Shown here: positions 19,794 to 29,613 of the stretch, one piece after another
How the letters are laid out: each line of letters opens with the position of its first letter
How positions within the stretch are numbered: position 1 is the stretch's first letter
Assembly (NCBI GenBank): GCA_963663965.2
Contig: CAXXFK010000042.1
Coordinates: 128,001-192,000 of the forward strand
DNA: 64,000 bases
Direction: 5' to 3'
DNA from: Sedimentisphaerales bacterium
Lineage (GTDB): Bacteria; Planctomycetota; Phycisphaerae; Sedimentisphaerales; SM23-30
Position numbers and translations under genes: made by a program
The notes under the pieces: generated by a model
What the model saw: only the letters and a program-made list of their open reading frames with translations
Database searches by the model: none
What the model was told of the DNA's origin: nothing

Positions 19794-19999
19794 GACAAGG
19801 CAGCTCCTGACTTCATCCCATGGACCAGGGACGTTCACCAAAGGCCCATAACAGCTATATGTGAGGGAAAGCCTCTGGCTTGCTATGGCCCAAACATATA
19901 GCTGTTATGGGCCATACAGAAAAACGGCTCTGGGTACGCAATGCTACCCGGATTCACCCGCGGCGGATCGCCGCAGAAAAGTCTCAGGAGCTGCCTGTC
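19794..19999 (-). ncRNA. Retron msr-msd non-coding RNA
   Basis: Perfect 13-bp a1/a2 inverted repeat (AGGCAGCTCCTGA 19798-19810 / TCAGGAGCTGCCT 19984-19996). An unpaired G follows a2 (19983). msr hairpins lie at 19960-19974 and 19932-19949, and a perfect 20-bp msd stem at 19843-19862/19894-19913. It sits directly upstream of the RT start. Confidence 0.85.
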
Positions 20000-21691
20000 C
20001 TGTTGTCAAATGGTTATACCACTGTTCCAGAGTGGTATCCGGTTTATGGTCTCCGGTCCACAACGCCAGGCGTATGGCCTGCATATGCCGGCAGGGACCG
20101 TTTTTTAAGCGATACTGGCGGAAATAACCGCAGCAACAATTACCCCGGCGAATCGCACCGTCGGCATCCATCAAAATATCACAGGATATCTTATCCACCT
20201 CGGCACGGTATAATGTCAGACCGGGTTTAATTTCTTCCTGTTGCCGGTTTTTGATTTTCTGTTCGGCTGCCAGCTGTCTGGCCGCGTTATATTCATCATG
20301 GGCCGGGCCGGTTTGCAGGCAGGCCACCGCGTGTGGCATAATCTGACGCCAGCGGTAAACCTGGTTGGGTAAATCGAAGATAATCTGGCCGGTATGGGCC
20401 AGGTGGCGTAATGACGCCGCAAGTTCAGCCGGCCGGGATGAACCGGTCAGTTCTATCTGCTTGAAAGTTGCGGCCTTGTTGCGCTGAAGGTAATTGCCTG
20501 CCTGGTTTATCCTGTCCTGAGCCGGTTCAACCGGTGGGGCTATCATATCCAGCGCGCATACTCTTGTCCAGTCGTTTGTCGTCCAGCCTGACAGTCCCAG
20601 GGTCAGGTGCATCTCACCCATATTCACTACCCAGAAACTGGGCAAACCTGTGCCCAGCAGATAGACATCCACCGATTCCGCCAATGGCAGGGCACGGGCC
20701 AGGGTCATCAGCCGCCGGCGTCCCCATATCCGGATTGGTTCGCAATCCGGCCCATGGTAACAGGCGCCATAGGAAATAATCGGTTTTTCCCAGGGTTCCA
20801 GAATCATTACCGGCGGCTTATCCGCCAATAATTCAAATCGAATGGCGCGGGGGCCGGTCTTTTCCCGGTTCCGTTTCAGAAATGCCAGCAGGGAATAAAC
20901 CGCTTCCGTAGAAAGGGTAACTCGCCGCATCGGCATGCTCATCACACTTTGAATCTGTAGAAAGCCTTGCAGCCAGCTGTCGGGCAGATCGATTTTTTCT
21001 TCCCGATACCCCGGTTCATCCGCCACGGAAACCTCAAAGCCGCCCGGATCGATTTCGAACCGGGTTTCGCGATAACTGCGCAAGCCCTGAAAATGATGAT
21101 AGAGATCCCAGGAATAATCGACATTGGTGGTTCCATACTGACTGGCGGTATCTGATCCAAAACCATCCGTACGATTCACACTCAGGCAACCGTAGCTCGA
21201 CTCATCCGCGGAAAAGCATTCAAAGAATATGACATCATCCGCCACGGTGATGACCGGATCCATCAGCAACAGGTATTGCCGGAACAGCTTGGGATTGGTC
21301 AGCATGATATGGCGCCGATATTTGCGATGGGCGCCCCAGTATCGTTTCACCGCCTGTTGATGGCTCCATTCGAAATCCTCCGGCAACGGCGAGGCCTCAA
21401 TCGCTTTTTTCATTTCCTGCCGGTATGCCTCTCGATAGAACACCGATTCCATCGTTCGCTGGTTCTTTTTCCATTCTTCGTAACTGCTTTTATCGCGTTT
21501 CTGATAACGCAGATCGCTGATAACGATATCATGCAGGGTGGAAATGGCTTCGCGGAAACGCAGGGGGTGTAAAAAAGCGGCGCGTTAAAAGCGACCGCGT
21601 CACGTTTTAAATTGGGCTGCAAGGTGACCTGCTGATGCCCGTCGGCCGCGATGATGCGGCTGCGATTGCGATAGGCAACGGCTAATTCCAT
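19944..21691 (-). CDS. SWIM zinc-finger domain protein (retron-associated), one frameshift near 21571-21576
   Basis: ORFs 21410-21691 and 19944-21452 join across a T6 run (...APL/LHPLRFREAISTLHDIVISDLRY...WKKNQRTMESVF). C-terminal SWIM motif CCCGYF...GPCRH. The start overlaps the stop of the upstream gene. Confidence 0.8.
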
Positions 21692-23409
21692 GCATCCACC
21701 TCCGCCCGCGTTAATTGCAGTTCCGGCAGATGTGCCTGCACCGGTTCCAGCAGGTCCGGCCGCCGGTCAATCACACTGACCACCGCAGCCAGTCCATCAC
21801 CGGCTTCGGTTGTTCGTACCGATCGGATTGCCACACCGAGAATGGGCAGCAGCATTTCAGCTTTGTCCGGATGTTCAATCAAGGCTCGGCTTACCTGCCG
21901 CAATGCCTTGAGTTTCTGGCGTGAACCTCGCTGGATATTGAGTAATACCGAACGCCAGATCAGGCTCAGGTTATCACTACCGGCGCCCGGGATAGACTGA
22001 CGTTCCAGCCAGTTAATCAGATTCAATTTCAGGTCATCATAGGGTGTTTCCAGCAGGCGAATCCAAAGTTGACTGTCGTTCTGAACATTCGCGGGGGCGT
22101 CCGTCAGCCATTGCCAGGCAGAATGACGGCAGTTTGCCTGTAGACTGTCAAAGAATCGTATGACGGAATCGTTCTGGTAATTGTCTTCCTGACCCAGATG
22201 TCCCAGGGCAAAACCGGCTAGTTCACCGGCCAGCGCTTCGCATTGTGCTTCTGCCAGTTGCGACAGTCTGGGAATATCTTCTCTGACCAGAGTTCGTAGT
22301 TTCAGAAATTCAAATCCAAGCTGTGCGACCGGTGCTTGACGAGCGATGCTCAATTCCAGGCAGTCGCCCAGATTCAACCGGTCGGGCCGCACGACTTCGC
22401 GCATTTTATCGCAGATCCGGGCCTGGACATCGGGATTATCCGTGGCGAGCAGTTTAAACCAGGTTGATAACGGCAGCGAATGCAACTGCTTGAGAGAATG
22501 AAATAAATCCGCCCCAAAGTTCTGGAGGTCGGGATGAGGATTTTCCAGTAATTGGATAATAAATTCGACCGAAAGCTCCTGCAGGGCCGGGCCATGCTTC
22601 TGTTCCAGCATCTGCCGGGCCCATCTCCGCACCAGCGCCGACCGGGCTGACAGTAATAGTGTGGTTAATCGATCGTAAGCCTGCGGTGTTTCCCATAATT
22701 CCGGTCGATAGGGGGCCACCTCCAACTGCTCCAGGGCCTGTCCTTCCCGAATTGCTGCTTTAGCGGCGGTAAATTCAAACGCCGAATGATGATAGTAGCA
22801 GGCGTGTATGAATCCCCAGTTGTCCAGGATATGTTCCACTTTGCTGAAATCCGAATCCTGATAACGAGCCAGCCAGTCGCCAGCTAATGCCAGATATCGT
22901 TGTGGTTCGCTCCAGGCGAGTTTTCGAATATAGCGCCAGGCTCGCCGTCTTAAATAGTAGCGGGTATGGCTGGAGAATAACACGCCATTGCCACCCATCT
23001 CGTAACCGTTGGGTATCAGGCTGTTATGCGGCAATACCAGTGTTTCGCCTTCAAAAACCGTTTGGGATTCCCAGTCCCACTGTCGAAACTTTTTTCGTTC
23101 GCGGCGAATCGTCCGGTCAAATGCCAGCATGAAAAGTCCCATCAATTCATCATCCTGCCTGGCTTCAGCGTGTTTGAATAGATTTTTGACCAGGGGGTGA
23201 TGGCCCATGACAGTGAAAGGCATGCCCAGATATTGAATCAGTTGTTCGCGAGCCCAGGGGCGGGGATCCTGTTTCCAGCGTTCAGAAAAGGCTTTCAAAA
23301 ACTTCGAGCTTTTTACACTCCTTAAGACAGATAGAAAATACTGATTTTGCGTATTGAAATATTCTTCCAGTACAATCGTAGAATTCTTATGTCCGTTTTT
23401 TTTGACCAT
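21682..23409 (-). CDS. HEAT/ARM-repeat alpha-solenoid protein (retron-associated)
   Basis: 575 aa, Leu-rich helical repeats with HEAT-like patterns (LLENPHPDLQNFG, LLATDNPDVQARI, FFDSLQANCRHSAW, LLETPYDDLKL); translationally coupled to the SWIM gene. Confidence 0.7.
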   Translation of the reverse strand: MVKKNGHKNSTIVLEEYFNTQNQYFLSVLRSVKSSKFLKAFSERWKQDPRPWAREQLIQYLGMPFTVMGHHPLVKNLFKHAEARQDDELMGLFMLAFDRTIRRERKKFRQWDWESQTVFEGETLVLPHNSLIPNGYEMGGNGVLFSSHTRYYLRRRAWRYIRKLAWSEPQRYLALAGDWLARYQDSDFSKVEHILDNWGFIHACYYHHSAFEFTAAKAAIREGQALEQLEVAPYRPELWETPQAYDRLTTLLLSARSALVRRWARQMLEQKHGPALQELSVEFIIQLLENPHPDLQNFGADLFHSLKQLHSLPLSTWFKLLATDNPDVQARICDKMREVVRPDRLNLGDCLELSIARQAPVAQLGFEFLKLRTLVREDIPRLSQLAEAQCEALAGELAGFALGHLGQEDNYQNDSVIRFFDSLQANCRHSAWQWLTDAPANVQNDSQLWIRLLETPYDDLKLNLINWLERQSIPGAGSDNLSLIWRSVLLNIQRGSRQKLKALRQVSRALIEHPDKAEMLLPILGVAIRSVRTTEAGDGLAAVVSVIDRRPDLLEPVQAHLPELQLTRAEVDAWN

Positions 23410-23488
23410 AATGACCTTGTCGGCCCAAACTCGCCATTTTTTCTATTCAATTCCCATACTCCTATATGGGAATATTTACACCGATATA

Positions 23489-23516
23489 ATCCTAAATAAT
23501 CCTGATCCGATGTCAA
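23489..23516 (-). promoter_or_regulatory. Sigma70-like promoter for the retron operon
   Basis: TTGACA (23516-23511), 16-nt spacer, TAGGAT (23494-23489), about 80 bp upstream of the ARM gene in an AT-rich spacer. Confidence 0.5.
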
Positions 23517-23684
23517 TGGATTATTATAAAATATTTTTGAGAAATGGAATGATGTCCCAACCAGAAATTGTGCGACTGGTTTCTGTTAAGCGTTCAATAC
23601 TGAAAAGAAAACTCAAAACGGTCTTCCAGCCAGTTTTATATAGATAATAGCTTAAAATTTAGATTTATAAGAGTTCTTCAATCC

Positions 23685-24872
23685 TTATGCTTCTATCTGG
23701 CCGGAAAGCGTCGTGGGCGGTTGTTTGCTGACCATCATATGATAAAACGCATCAAAGAGGTAGTTTGCGTCATGCGGTCCGGGTGAGGCCTCCGGGTGAT
23801 ATTGAACGGCAAAAATAGGTAATTTGCGATGCGCGAACCCTTCCAGGGTGTTGTCGTTCAGATTGATATGGGTCACGCGGATATCGTCCTGGCTCAGGGT
23901 ATTCAGATCGATCGCGAAACCGTGGTTCTGGGCCGTGATTTCGACCTGTCCGGTATCGAGATTTTTGACCGGTTGGTTGCCGCCCCGGTGACCGAATTTT
24001 AATTTGTAGGTTTTACCACCCAGCGCCTGGCCCAGCAGTTGTAATCCCAGGCAGATGCCAAACATGGGGATCTTTTTCTCAATCAGTTTCTTGAGGGTTT
24101 CAATCGTGTAGCTGACCGGTTCCGGATCGCCCGGGCCGTTACTAACGAAAATTCCATCCGGATTCATCTCCAGGATGGTTTCCAGTTGTACGGTTGCCGG
24201 TACTACCGTAACATCGCAACCGGCTTCGGTCAGGTTTCGCATGATATTGTCTTTGATACCGCAATCGATCGCGACGACCTGCATTCGTTTGCGTTCATGA
24301 CCAGGCGTTGCCAGAGCTTTCAGCGGTCCGGCGAATTGGGATTCATAGCCTTTATTCCACCCGCAGGTATGTGGCCGGGTCACATGCTGCACCAGGTCCT
24401 GGCCCTTCATTTCCGGGGACTGGCGCGCCATCTTCACCAATTCGGCATCATCGTCGATTTCAGTACTGATTACGCCGCGCATCGCGCCATCGATACGCAA
24501 TTTTCGGGTTAAAGCACGGGTGTCGATCTCGCAGATTCCGATGATTCCATTTTTTTTCAGATACTCCTGCAGAGAAACATCCGCCCGGAAATTGCTATGG
24601 AGGCGCGCCGGTTCCCGGACTACAAAGCCGGCGACATGAACCTGTTCACTTTCAACATCTTCCGGACTGATACCATAATTGCCAATCTGTGGGTAGGTCA
24701 TCGTCACAATCTGTCCACGATAACTCGGATCGGTCAGGATCTCCTGGTATCCCATCATCGAGGTATTGAATACCACTTCGGCTTCACGAGTGCCGGTTGC
24801 GCCAAAATGCCGGCCGGTAAAGACGGTGCCATCTTCTAATGCGAGTTTTACCTGGTTCGTTGCGTTTGCCAA
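23685..24872 (-). CDS. carA: Carbamoyl-phosphate synthase small subunit
   Basis: EVVFNTSMMGYQEILTDPSY, SNGPGDP, catalytic FGICLG and VQYHPEASPGPHD. Confidence 0.98.
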   Translation of the reverse strand: MANATNQVKLALEDGTVFTGRHFGATGTREAEVVFNTSMMGYQEILTDPSYRGQIVTMTYPQIGNYGISPEDVESEQVHVAGFVVREPARLHSNFRADVSLQEYLKKNGIIGICEIDTRALTRKLRIDGAMRGVISTEIDDDAELVKMARQSPEMKGQDLVQHVTRPHTCGWNKGYESQFAGPLKALATPGHERKRMQVVAIDCGIKDNIMRNLTEAGCDVTVVPATVQLETILEMNPDGIFVSNGPGDPEPVSYTIETLKKLIEKKIPMFGICLGLQLLGQALGGKTYKLKFGHRGGNQPVKNLDTGQVEITAQNHGFAIDLNTLSQDDIRVTHINLNDNTLEGFAHRKLPIFAVQYHPEASPGPHDANYLFDAFYHMMVSKQPPTTLSGQIEA

Positions 24873-25139
24873 TATGGGCTCCTGTATTGTATGATTATAG
24901 TAACAGTCTGATTTTCAGAGCTCTGGCGTCAGCAGCAAACTCTGACTGGATACCGTTTATAACGTCTGGGTAATCCAGGCAAGTAGCCAGACCACTGATA
25001 CTAAAATGTTACGATTTTGTGTAAATAGTTATCGGGGTTTCAGACGATAATAAAACAGCCCGGATAACTTAACGGGCTGATTATTAGTGTGATAAAAGGC
25101 TGTGGGTCACCCGACTTGTGTCGGGAACAGCCTGGCTTG

Positions 25140-25177
25140 GAGGATCTGGGTTTCGGCGAGCTCAGATCCTCTTTTTT
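25140..25177 (+). terminator. Rho-independent terminator-like hairpin in the carA/oxidoreductase intergenic region
   Basis: gaggatctgggttt-cggc-gagctcagatcctc followed by T6. No plus-strand gene lies directly upstream. Confidence 0.5.
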
Positions 25178-25850
25178 CAAATCCATATCTTACCGGGAAA
25201 ATTATTTAAATCAATCCAGATTTCTCTCAACCCCCCTGAGGTTCGGGCCGATACCTATTCCATAAGAGAAATGTGTATGTGTTCGAAGCAAAGAACAACG
25301 GTGTTTACAAAAAACAACACTGAGGGATTATTTTTGTAAGACTTTGTTTTTTGGTTAGTTATGAAAAAGCCCGGCATGAATGCACCTGTTTGTGCGTTTG
25401 AGAAAAAAAACACTGTTCAAATCTCTTGAGCAAAAAAAAAATTGTCGGTTTTTTCCTGATTTTGTCTAAGTCTTTTACTTGATGATGTTAATGAAAATTT
25501 ATCTTTCTCAAGCCAGATTGACTTTTTTGCTGGTATATGATTTGCTTGGAATGTATAATCAAATTAGACCCAATCCGGGATATATCCAGCAAAACAGGAG
25601 ATTACCCTGGTAAATGAGGAGTCTTGAGAATTTTTTAAATTAATAAAAGCCTATTTGCTCTCTCTCTCTTTCTTCCAGGCTTGAATAGCAAAATGTTCAA
25701 GTCTGGATTTTTTTTATCTTTATTGGAATCGGGATAAATTTTTGCAATTCGTTATATAATAAAACCGTTGATAAATTAATCAATAATTGAGATAATTGTC
25801 CCAAGGTTAAGTTTTTAAAAGAGTTCTCTGGCTATCTGGGAGACACCACG

Positions 25851-27314
25851 ATGAAAATCAACCGCCGCCGTTTTATTCAAGCATCAGTTTCTTCACTGGC
25901 TTTGGCATCAACCTCCACCTGGGCCAATCCAATTGGGGCTAATAACGATATCCGTGTTGGTGTTGTCGGTGTTCGCAGTAAAGGCGCCCACCATATCGAA
26001 GTGATTCGCAAAGTTCCCGGTGTCCGGATAGTAGCGCTTTGTGATGTTGACAGTGATATTCTGGCAAGAGAGGCCAAAAAACTTACTGATGATCAGATTA
26101 AAGTCAAGACCTATACTGATATGCGTAAGATGCTGGAAGACAAGGACATAAGCATAGATGCCGTTTCGATTGCCACTCCCAATCACTGGCATTCTTTGCA
26201 GGCGATCTGGGCTTGTCAGGCTGAAAAAGATGTTTATGTGGAAAAACCGGTCTCGCATAATGTCTGGGAAGGCCGTCAGCTGGTCAAGGCCGCCCGGAAA
26301 TATAATCGAATTGTTCAGGCGGGCACCCAGAATCGTTCCGATACCGGTTTGCGAGAGGTATTCCCCTACATTCAGGAAGGTGGCTTGGGTAAAATTCAGT
26401 ACGTACGGGCCTTGTGTTATCGCAGCCGTGACAGTATCGGAAAGGTGGCGGGCCCTCAACCAATTCCATCTAATATTGATTATGATCTGTGGACCGGTCC
26501 GGCTCCACTTGGCCCGTTACGCCGTAAAAGCCTGCATTATGACTGGCACTGGGTCTGGCCCACCGGCAATGGCGATATCGGCAACCAGGGCATCCACGAG
26601 ATGGATCTGGCCCGTTGGGTGCTGCAGGAGCAGGGTTTGCCTAAGCAGGTGGTCAGTTTTGGCGGACGCTATGTCTGGGATGATGATGGCACGACGCCGA
26701 ATATGCAGTATTGTGTGATGGACTATGAAAGCGCGCCGGTGATCTTTGAGGTGATCAATCTTCGAGTCAGCAGCACCCAGAACTGGATGCCCATGATTCG
26801 CGGTGTGGGGGTCGCGGTGATTGTACAATGTGAAAACGGTTATTTCGCCGGTGGCCGCAACGGCGGATGGACCTATGATAACGATGGAAAAAAAATAAAA
26901 AAATACGCCGGTGACGGTGGGGGAGCGCACCATCAAAACTTCTTCGATGCCATGCGGTCACGTAAAGTATCCGATTTGCGTGCCGACATCGAACAGGGGC
27001 ATCTTTCCAGCGCCATGTGCCATTTGTGCAATATCTCTCAACAGCTGAGCAGCCGCACCAATCCGGATCAAATCAGAGAGGTACTGGGTGATCGTCTGAG
27101 TTGCAGTGAAGATCTGGACCGGTTTGTCAAACAGCTGGAAGCCAATCAGGTTGACCTGAAAGCCCATCCTTTGTCTTTAGGGCCGGTTTTGAAGGTCGAT
27201 TCGGCTAAAGAAGTTGTTATCCAGCAGGGTGGACCATACGATATCACCCGCTGGGCTAATGACCTGATGCGTGGCAGCTATCGCGCCCCGTTTGTGGTGC
27301 CGGAAAATATCTGA
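25851..27314 (+). CDS. Tat-exported Gfo/Idh/MocA oxidoreductase
   Basis: INRRRFI twin-arginine signal; IATPNHWH, DVYVEKP, GTQNRS and GDIGNQGIHEMD. Confidence 0.92.
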   Translation: MKINRRRFIQASVSSLALASTSTWANPIGANNDIRVGVVGVRSKGAHHIEVIRKVPGVRIVALCDVDSDILAREAKKLTDDQIKVKTYTDMRKMLEDKDISIDAVSIATPNHWHSLQAIWACQAEKDVYVEKPVSHNVWEGRQLVKAARKYNRIVQAGTQNRSDTGLREVFPYIQEGGLGKIQYVRALCYRSRDSIGKVAGPQPIPSNIDYDLWTGPAPLGPLRRKSLHYDWHWVWPTGNGDIGNQGIHEMDLARWVLQEQGLPKQVVSFGGRYVWDDDGTTPNMQYCVMDYESAPVIFEVINLRVSSTQNWMPMIRGVGVAVIVQCENGYFAGGRNGGWTYDNDGKKIKKYAGDGGGAHHQNFFDAMRSRKVSDLRADIEQGHLSSAMCHLCNISQQLSSRTNPDQIREVLGDRLSCSEDLDRFVKQLEANQVDLKAHPLSLGPVLKVDSAKEVVIQQGGPYDITRWANDLMRGSYRAPFVVPENI

Positions 27315-27369
27315 TAAGCCTGGATGAAAGTATCAAGAGCATTAATCTGATTCAGGACCAATGAGCGTA

Positions 27370-28830
27370 TCAGGTATCTTGTTTATTGAAAATCAATTTC
27401 ATCGTGAATACCCCGTTGCTAATTGAAACTTCCGGTGAAATATGCAGGATATCGGCAATTTTATTTACGACCGTCAAACCAATGCCACTATGAATTCCTA
27501 TTGCGCTTCGGGCAGTGTCTCCGCGCCAGAAAGGCTCAAAAACGTGCCGGGCGGACTCATGGTCCAGGGAGCAACCCGTATTGGATAAAATCAGGGTAAC
27601 TGTTGAGTCGTCCTGGCTGGAGACCGCGTCGATTTTCCCTTTATCATCGCAATAATCCACTGCGTTATTTAACAGGTTGGCCAACATCATGGCCAGCAAA
27701 TCCGGATCGGTTTGGAACCTCAGATTAGCCTCAAGGTGATTTTCGAAGGTGAGTCCGCGGTCCCGTGCCCGGTCGGCAACCCAATTCCATTGTTTATCAA
27801 GAAAAGATTTGAATTCGATAACCTGATGCTGAAGGGTTAACGACGCCTGGTCCAGCCGGGCGATTGCCAGCAAGGCATCGACGATCTTGCGCAATCCACG
27901 GGTAATCTCAAGGCTTTCCTGCAGGGCGTGCCGGTATTCCTGAGCCGGTCGTTGTCGTGATAAAGCGACTTCTGTTACCGTTTGAAGTCCTGCCAGTGGC
28001 GTCCGAAGTTCATGGGCCACATCGGCGTTGAAACGTCTTTCACGCATGAATGATTCATTTAGCCGCTTCATCAGATCATTTAAACCGCGACAGACAGGAT
28101 GGAGTTCAACCGGATAATCTGCCGGATCGAAGGTCGAGTGTAAATCGTCAATATCCATTTTTGTAATGCGTGTAGCCAGATGCCGAACGGGTTTTAGACC
28201 TTTGCGAGTAGTGCTCCATATCAAAATTCCACCAGGAACTGATAACCCGATCATACAACCAGCCAGGAGCCATTTAAACGTATCCAGGAAACCATACAAC
28301 TCTTCGGCATTTCGCGCAACAATCAGAGTAATACCCTGAGAAAAGGCGCTGTTTTCCAGGACCGGTAATATTAATAAACCGATAGCGCGCCCCCGTTTTC
28401 CCGATGGCAAAATCATTTTACGATAAACAGGCGTCGAGGTTGCGGGCATGAAATCCAGATTGTTTACGCCCAGGGAAGGTGACCGCAATAAGGTTTGCCC
28501 CGTGGCATCGTAAACCTGATAATAGGAACCGCCTTCCAAACGATAAAATTCGGGAGTCATACGGACATCGAATTCGAGTTCAAGAGGCTGTGTCGTTTTG
28601 GGATTATCGAAAGGATCGCCGGATATATCCTTGCCGTTTAAAGTTTCATCCCAGCCTTCTTCCTCGGCAACTGCCGACAGGATTTCAGCCGTAGTCAGTA
28701 AAGCGTGATCGAAGTGCTGGATCAGGGTATTCTGGGTGAGGGCAAGAAGTATGCTGCCAAACAAGCCGACCAATAGGGTCAATACGGCCAGCATGCCTGC
28801 CAGTAACCTGAATTGAATAGATGTTTTCAT
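27370..28830 (-). CDS. Sensor histidine kinase (HAMP-HisKA-HATPase)
   Basis: Two TM segments; H-box AHELRTPL, N-box NLLNNA, FEPFWRGD and GIGL. Confidence 0.93.
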   Translation of the reverse strand: MKTSIQFRLLAGMLAVLTLLVGLFGSILLALTQNTLIQHFDHALLTTAEILSAVAEEEGWDETLNGKDISGDPFDNPKTTQPLELEFDVRMTPEFYRLEGGSYYQVYDATGQTLLRSPSLGVNNLDFMPATSTPVYRKMILPSGKRGRAIGLLILPVLENSAFSQGITLIVARNAEELYGFLDTFKWLLAGCMIGLSVPGGILIWSTTRKGLKPVRHLATRITKMDIDDLHSTFDPADYPVELHPVCRGLNDLMKRLNESFMRERRFNADVAHELRTPLAGLQTVTEVALSRQRPAQEYRHALQESLEITRGLRKIVDALLAIARLDQASLTLQHQVIEFKSFLDKQWNWVADRARDRGLTFENHLEANLRFQTDPDLLAMMLANLLNNAVDYCDDKGKIDAVSSQDDSTVTLILSNTGCSLDHESARHVFEPFWRGDTARSAIGIHSGIGLTVVNKIADILHISPEVSISNGVFTMKLIFNKQDT

Positions 28831-29501
28831 ATTGCAGGCCCCAGCAAATAGCCCTGGCCCCGAATGGTATGGATAAGCTCTGGACTACCCGGTTGTTCCA
28901 GTTTTTTACGCAGGTAACCGATATAGACATCCACGACATTACTGGCCGCCGATGAATTGAATTCATAGACATGTTCCCAGATGTCGGATCGACTTACGGT
29001 TTCATTTTGGCGTAACGCCAGATATTCCAGCAGCGCAAATTCACGCGGGGTAAGACTGATCGGCTTACCATTGCGACTGGCCTGGCGGCGGGTCAGATCG
29101 ATACGCAGGTCTTCAACAGTAATGACTGGATTCTTTTTTTGATAACTTCGACGCAGTAGCGCGCGAATGCGGGCCATTAATTCTACGAATTCGAACGGTT
29201 TGACTAAATAGTCGTCCGCGCCCAGGTCCAATCCTTTAATCCGGTCATCCAACGTGTCCCGGGCTGTTAAGATCAGGACATGAGCCCGGCCATTCTGTTT
29301 CCGCAGAGATTGCAATATCGATAAGCCATCCATGCCCGGTAACATCAGGTCCAGGATAATCAAATCATAGTTGGTCCCGGTCGCGAACCACAAGCCTTCC
29401 CGGCCATCGCCGGTGGCGTCAACCGCATAACCCGCTTCACGTAGACCTTGAGTCAGCGAGCGACGTAACGGTTCATAATCTTCAATAACAAGCAAATGCA
29501 T
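28827..29501 (-). CDS. OmpR/PhoB-family response regulator (CusR/CzcR-like)
   Basis: LVIED, ILDLMLP, LTARD, GADDYLVKPF and VDVYIGYLRKK...TIRGQGY. Confidence 0.95.
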   Translation of the reverse strand: MHLLVIEDYEPLRRSLTQGLREAGYAVDATGDGREGLWFATGTNYDLIILDLMLPGMDGLSILQSLRKQNGRAHVLILTARDTLDDRIKGLDLGADDYLVKPFEFVELMARIRALLRRSYQKKNPVITVEDLRIDLTRRQASRNGKPISLTPREFALLEYLALRQNETVSRSDIWEHVYEFNSSAASNVVDVYIGYLRKKLEQPGSPELIHTIRGQGYLLGPAI

Positions 29502-29514
29502 GGTCAATCGATAA

Positions 29515-29553
29515 AACTCCACCAGACGATAACACTTACTGTCTGGTGGAGTT
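29515..29553 (-). terminator. Terminator-like hairpin between the PepSY gene and the response regulator
   Basis: aactccaccagac / gtctggtggagtt forms a 13-bp perfect stem followed by T's on the minus strand. Confidence 0.6.
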
Positions 29554-29613
29554 CATTGTAAAGAGGTCACAACGTTATTTCAAATGAAATTCCACGATTC
29601 GGATATCAATGGA

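Noticed and set aside
19843..19913. The 20-bp inverted repeat as a terminator or IS end
   Set aside because: It lies outside the IS TIRs, has a 31-nt structured head and is nested within the a1/a2 repeats, which fits msd better.
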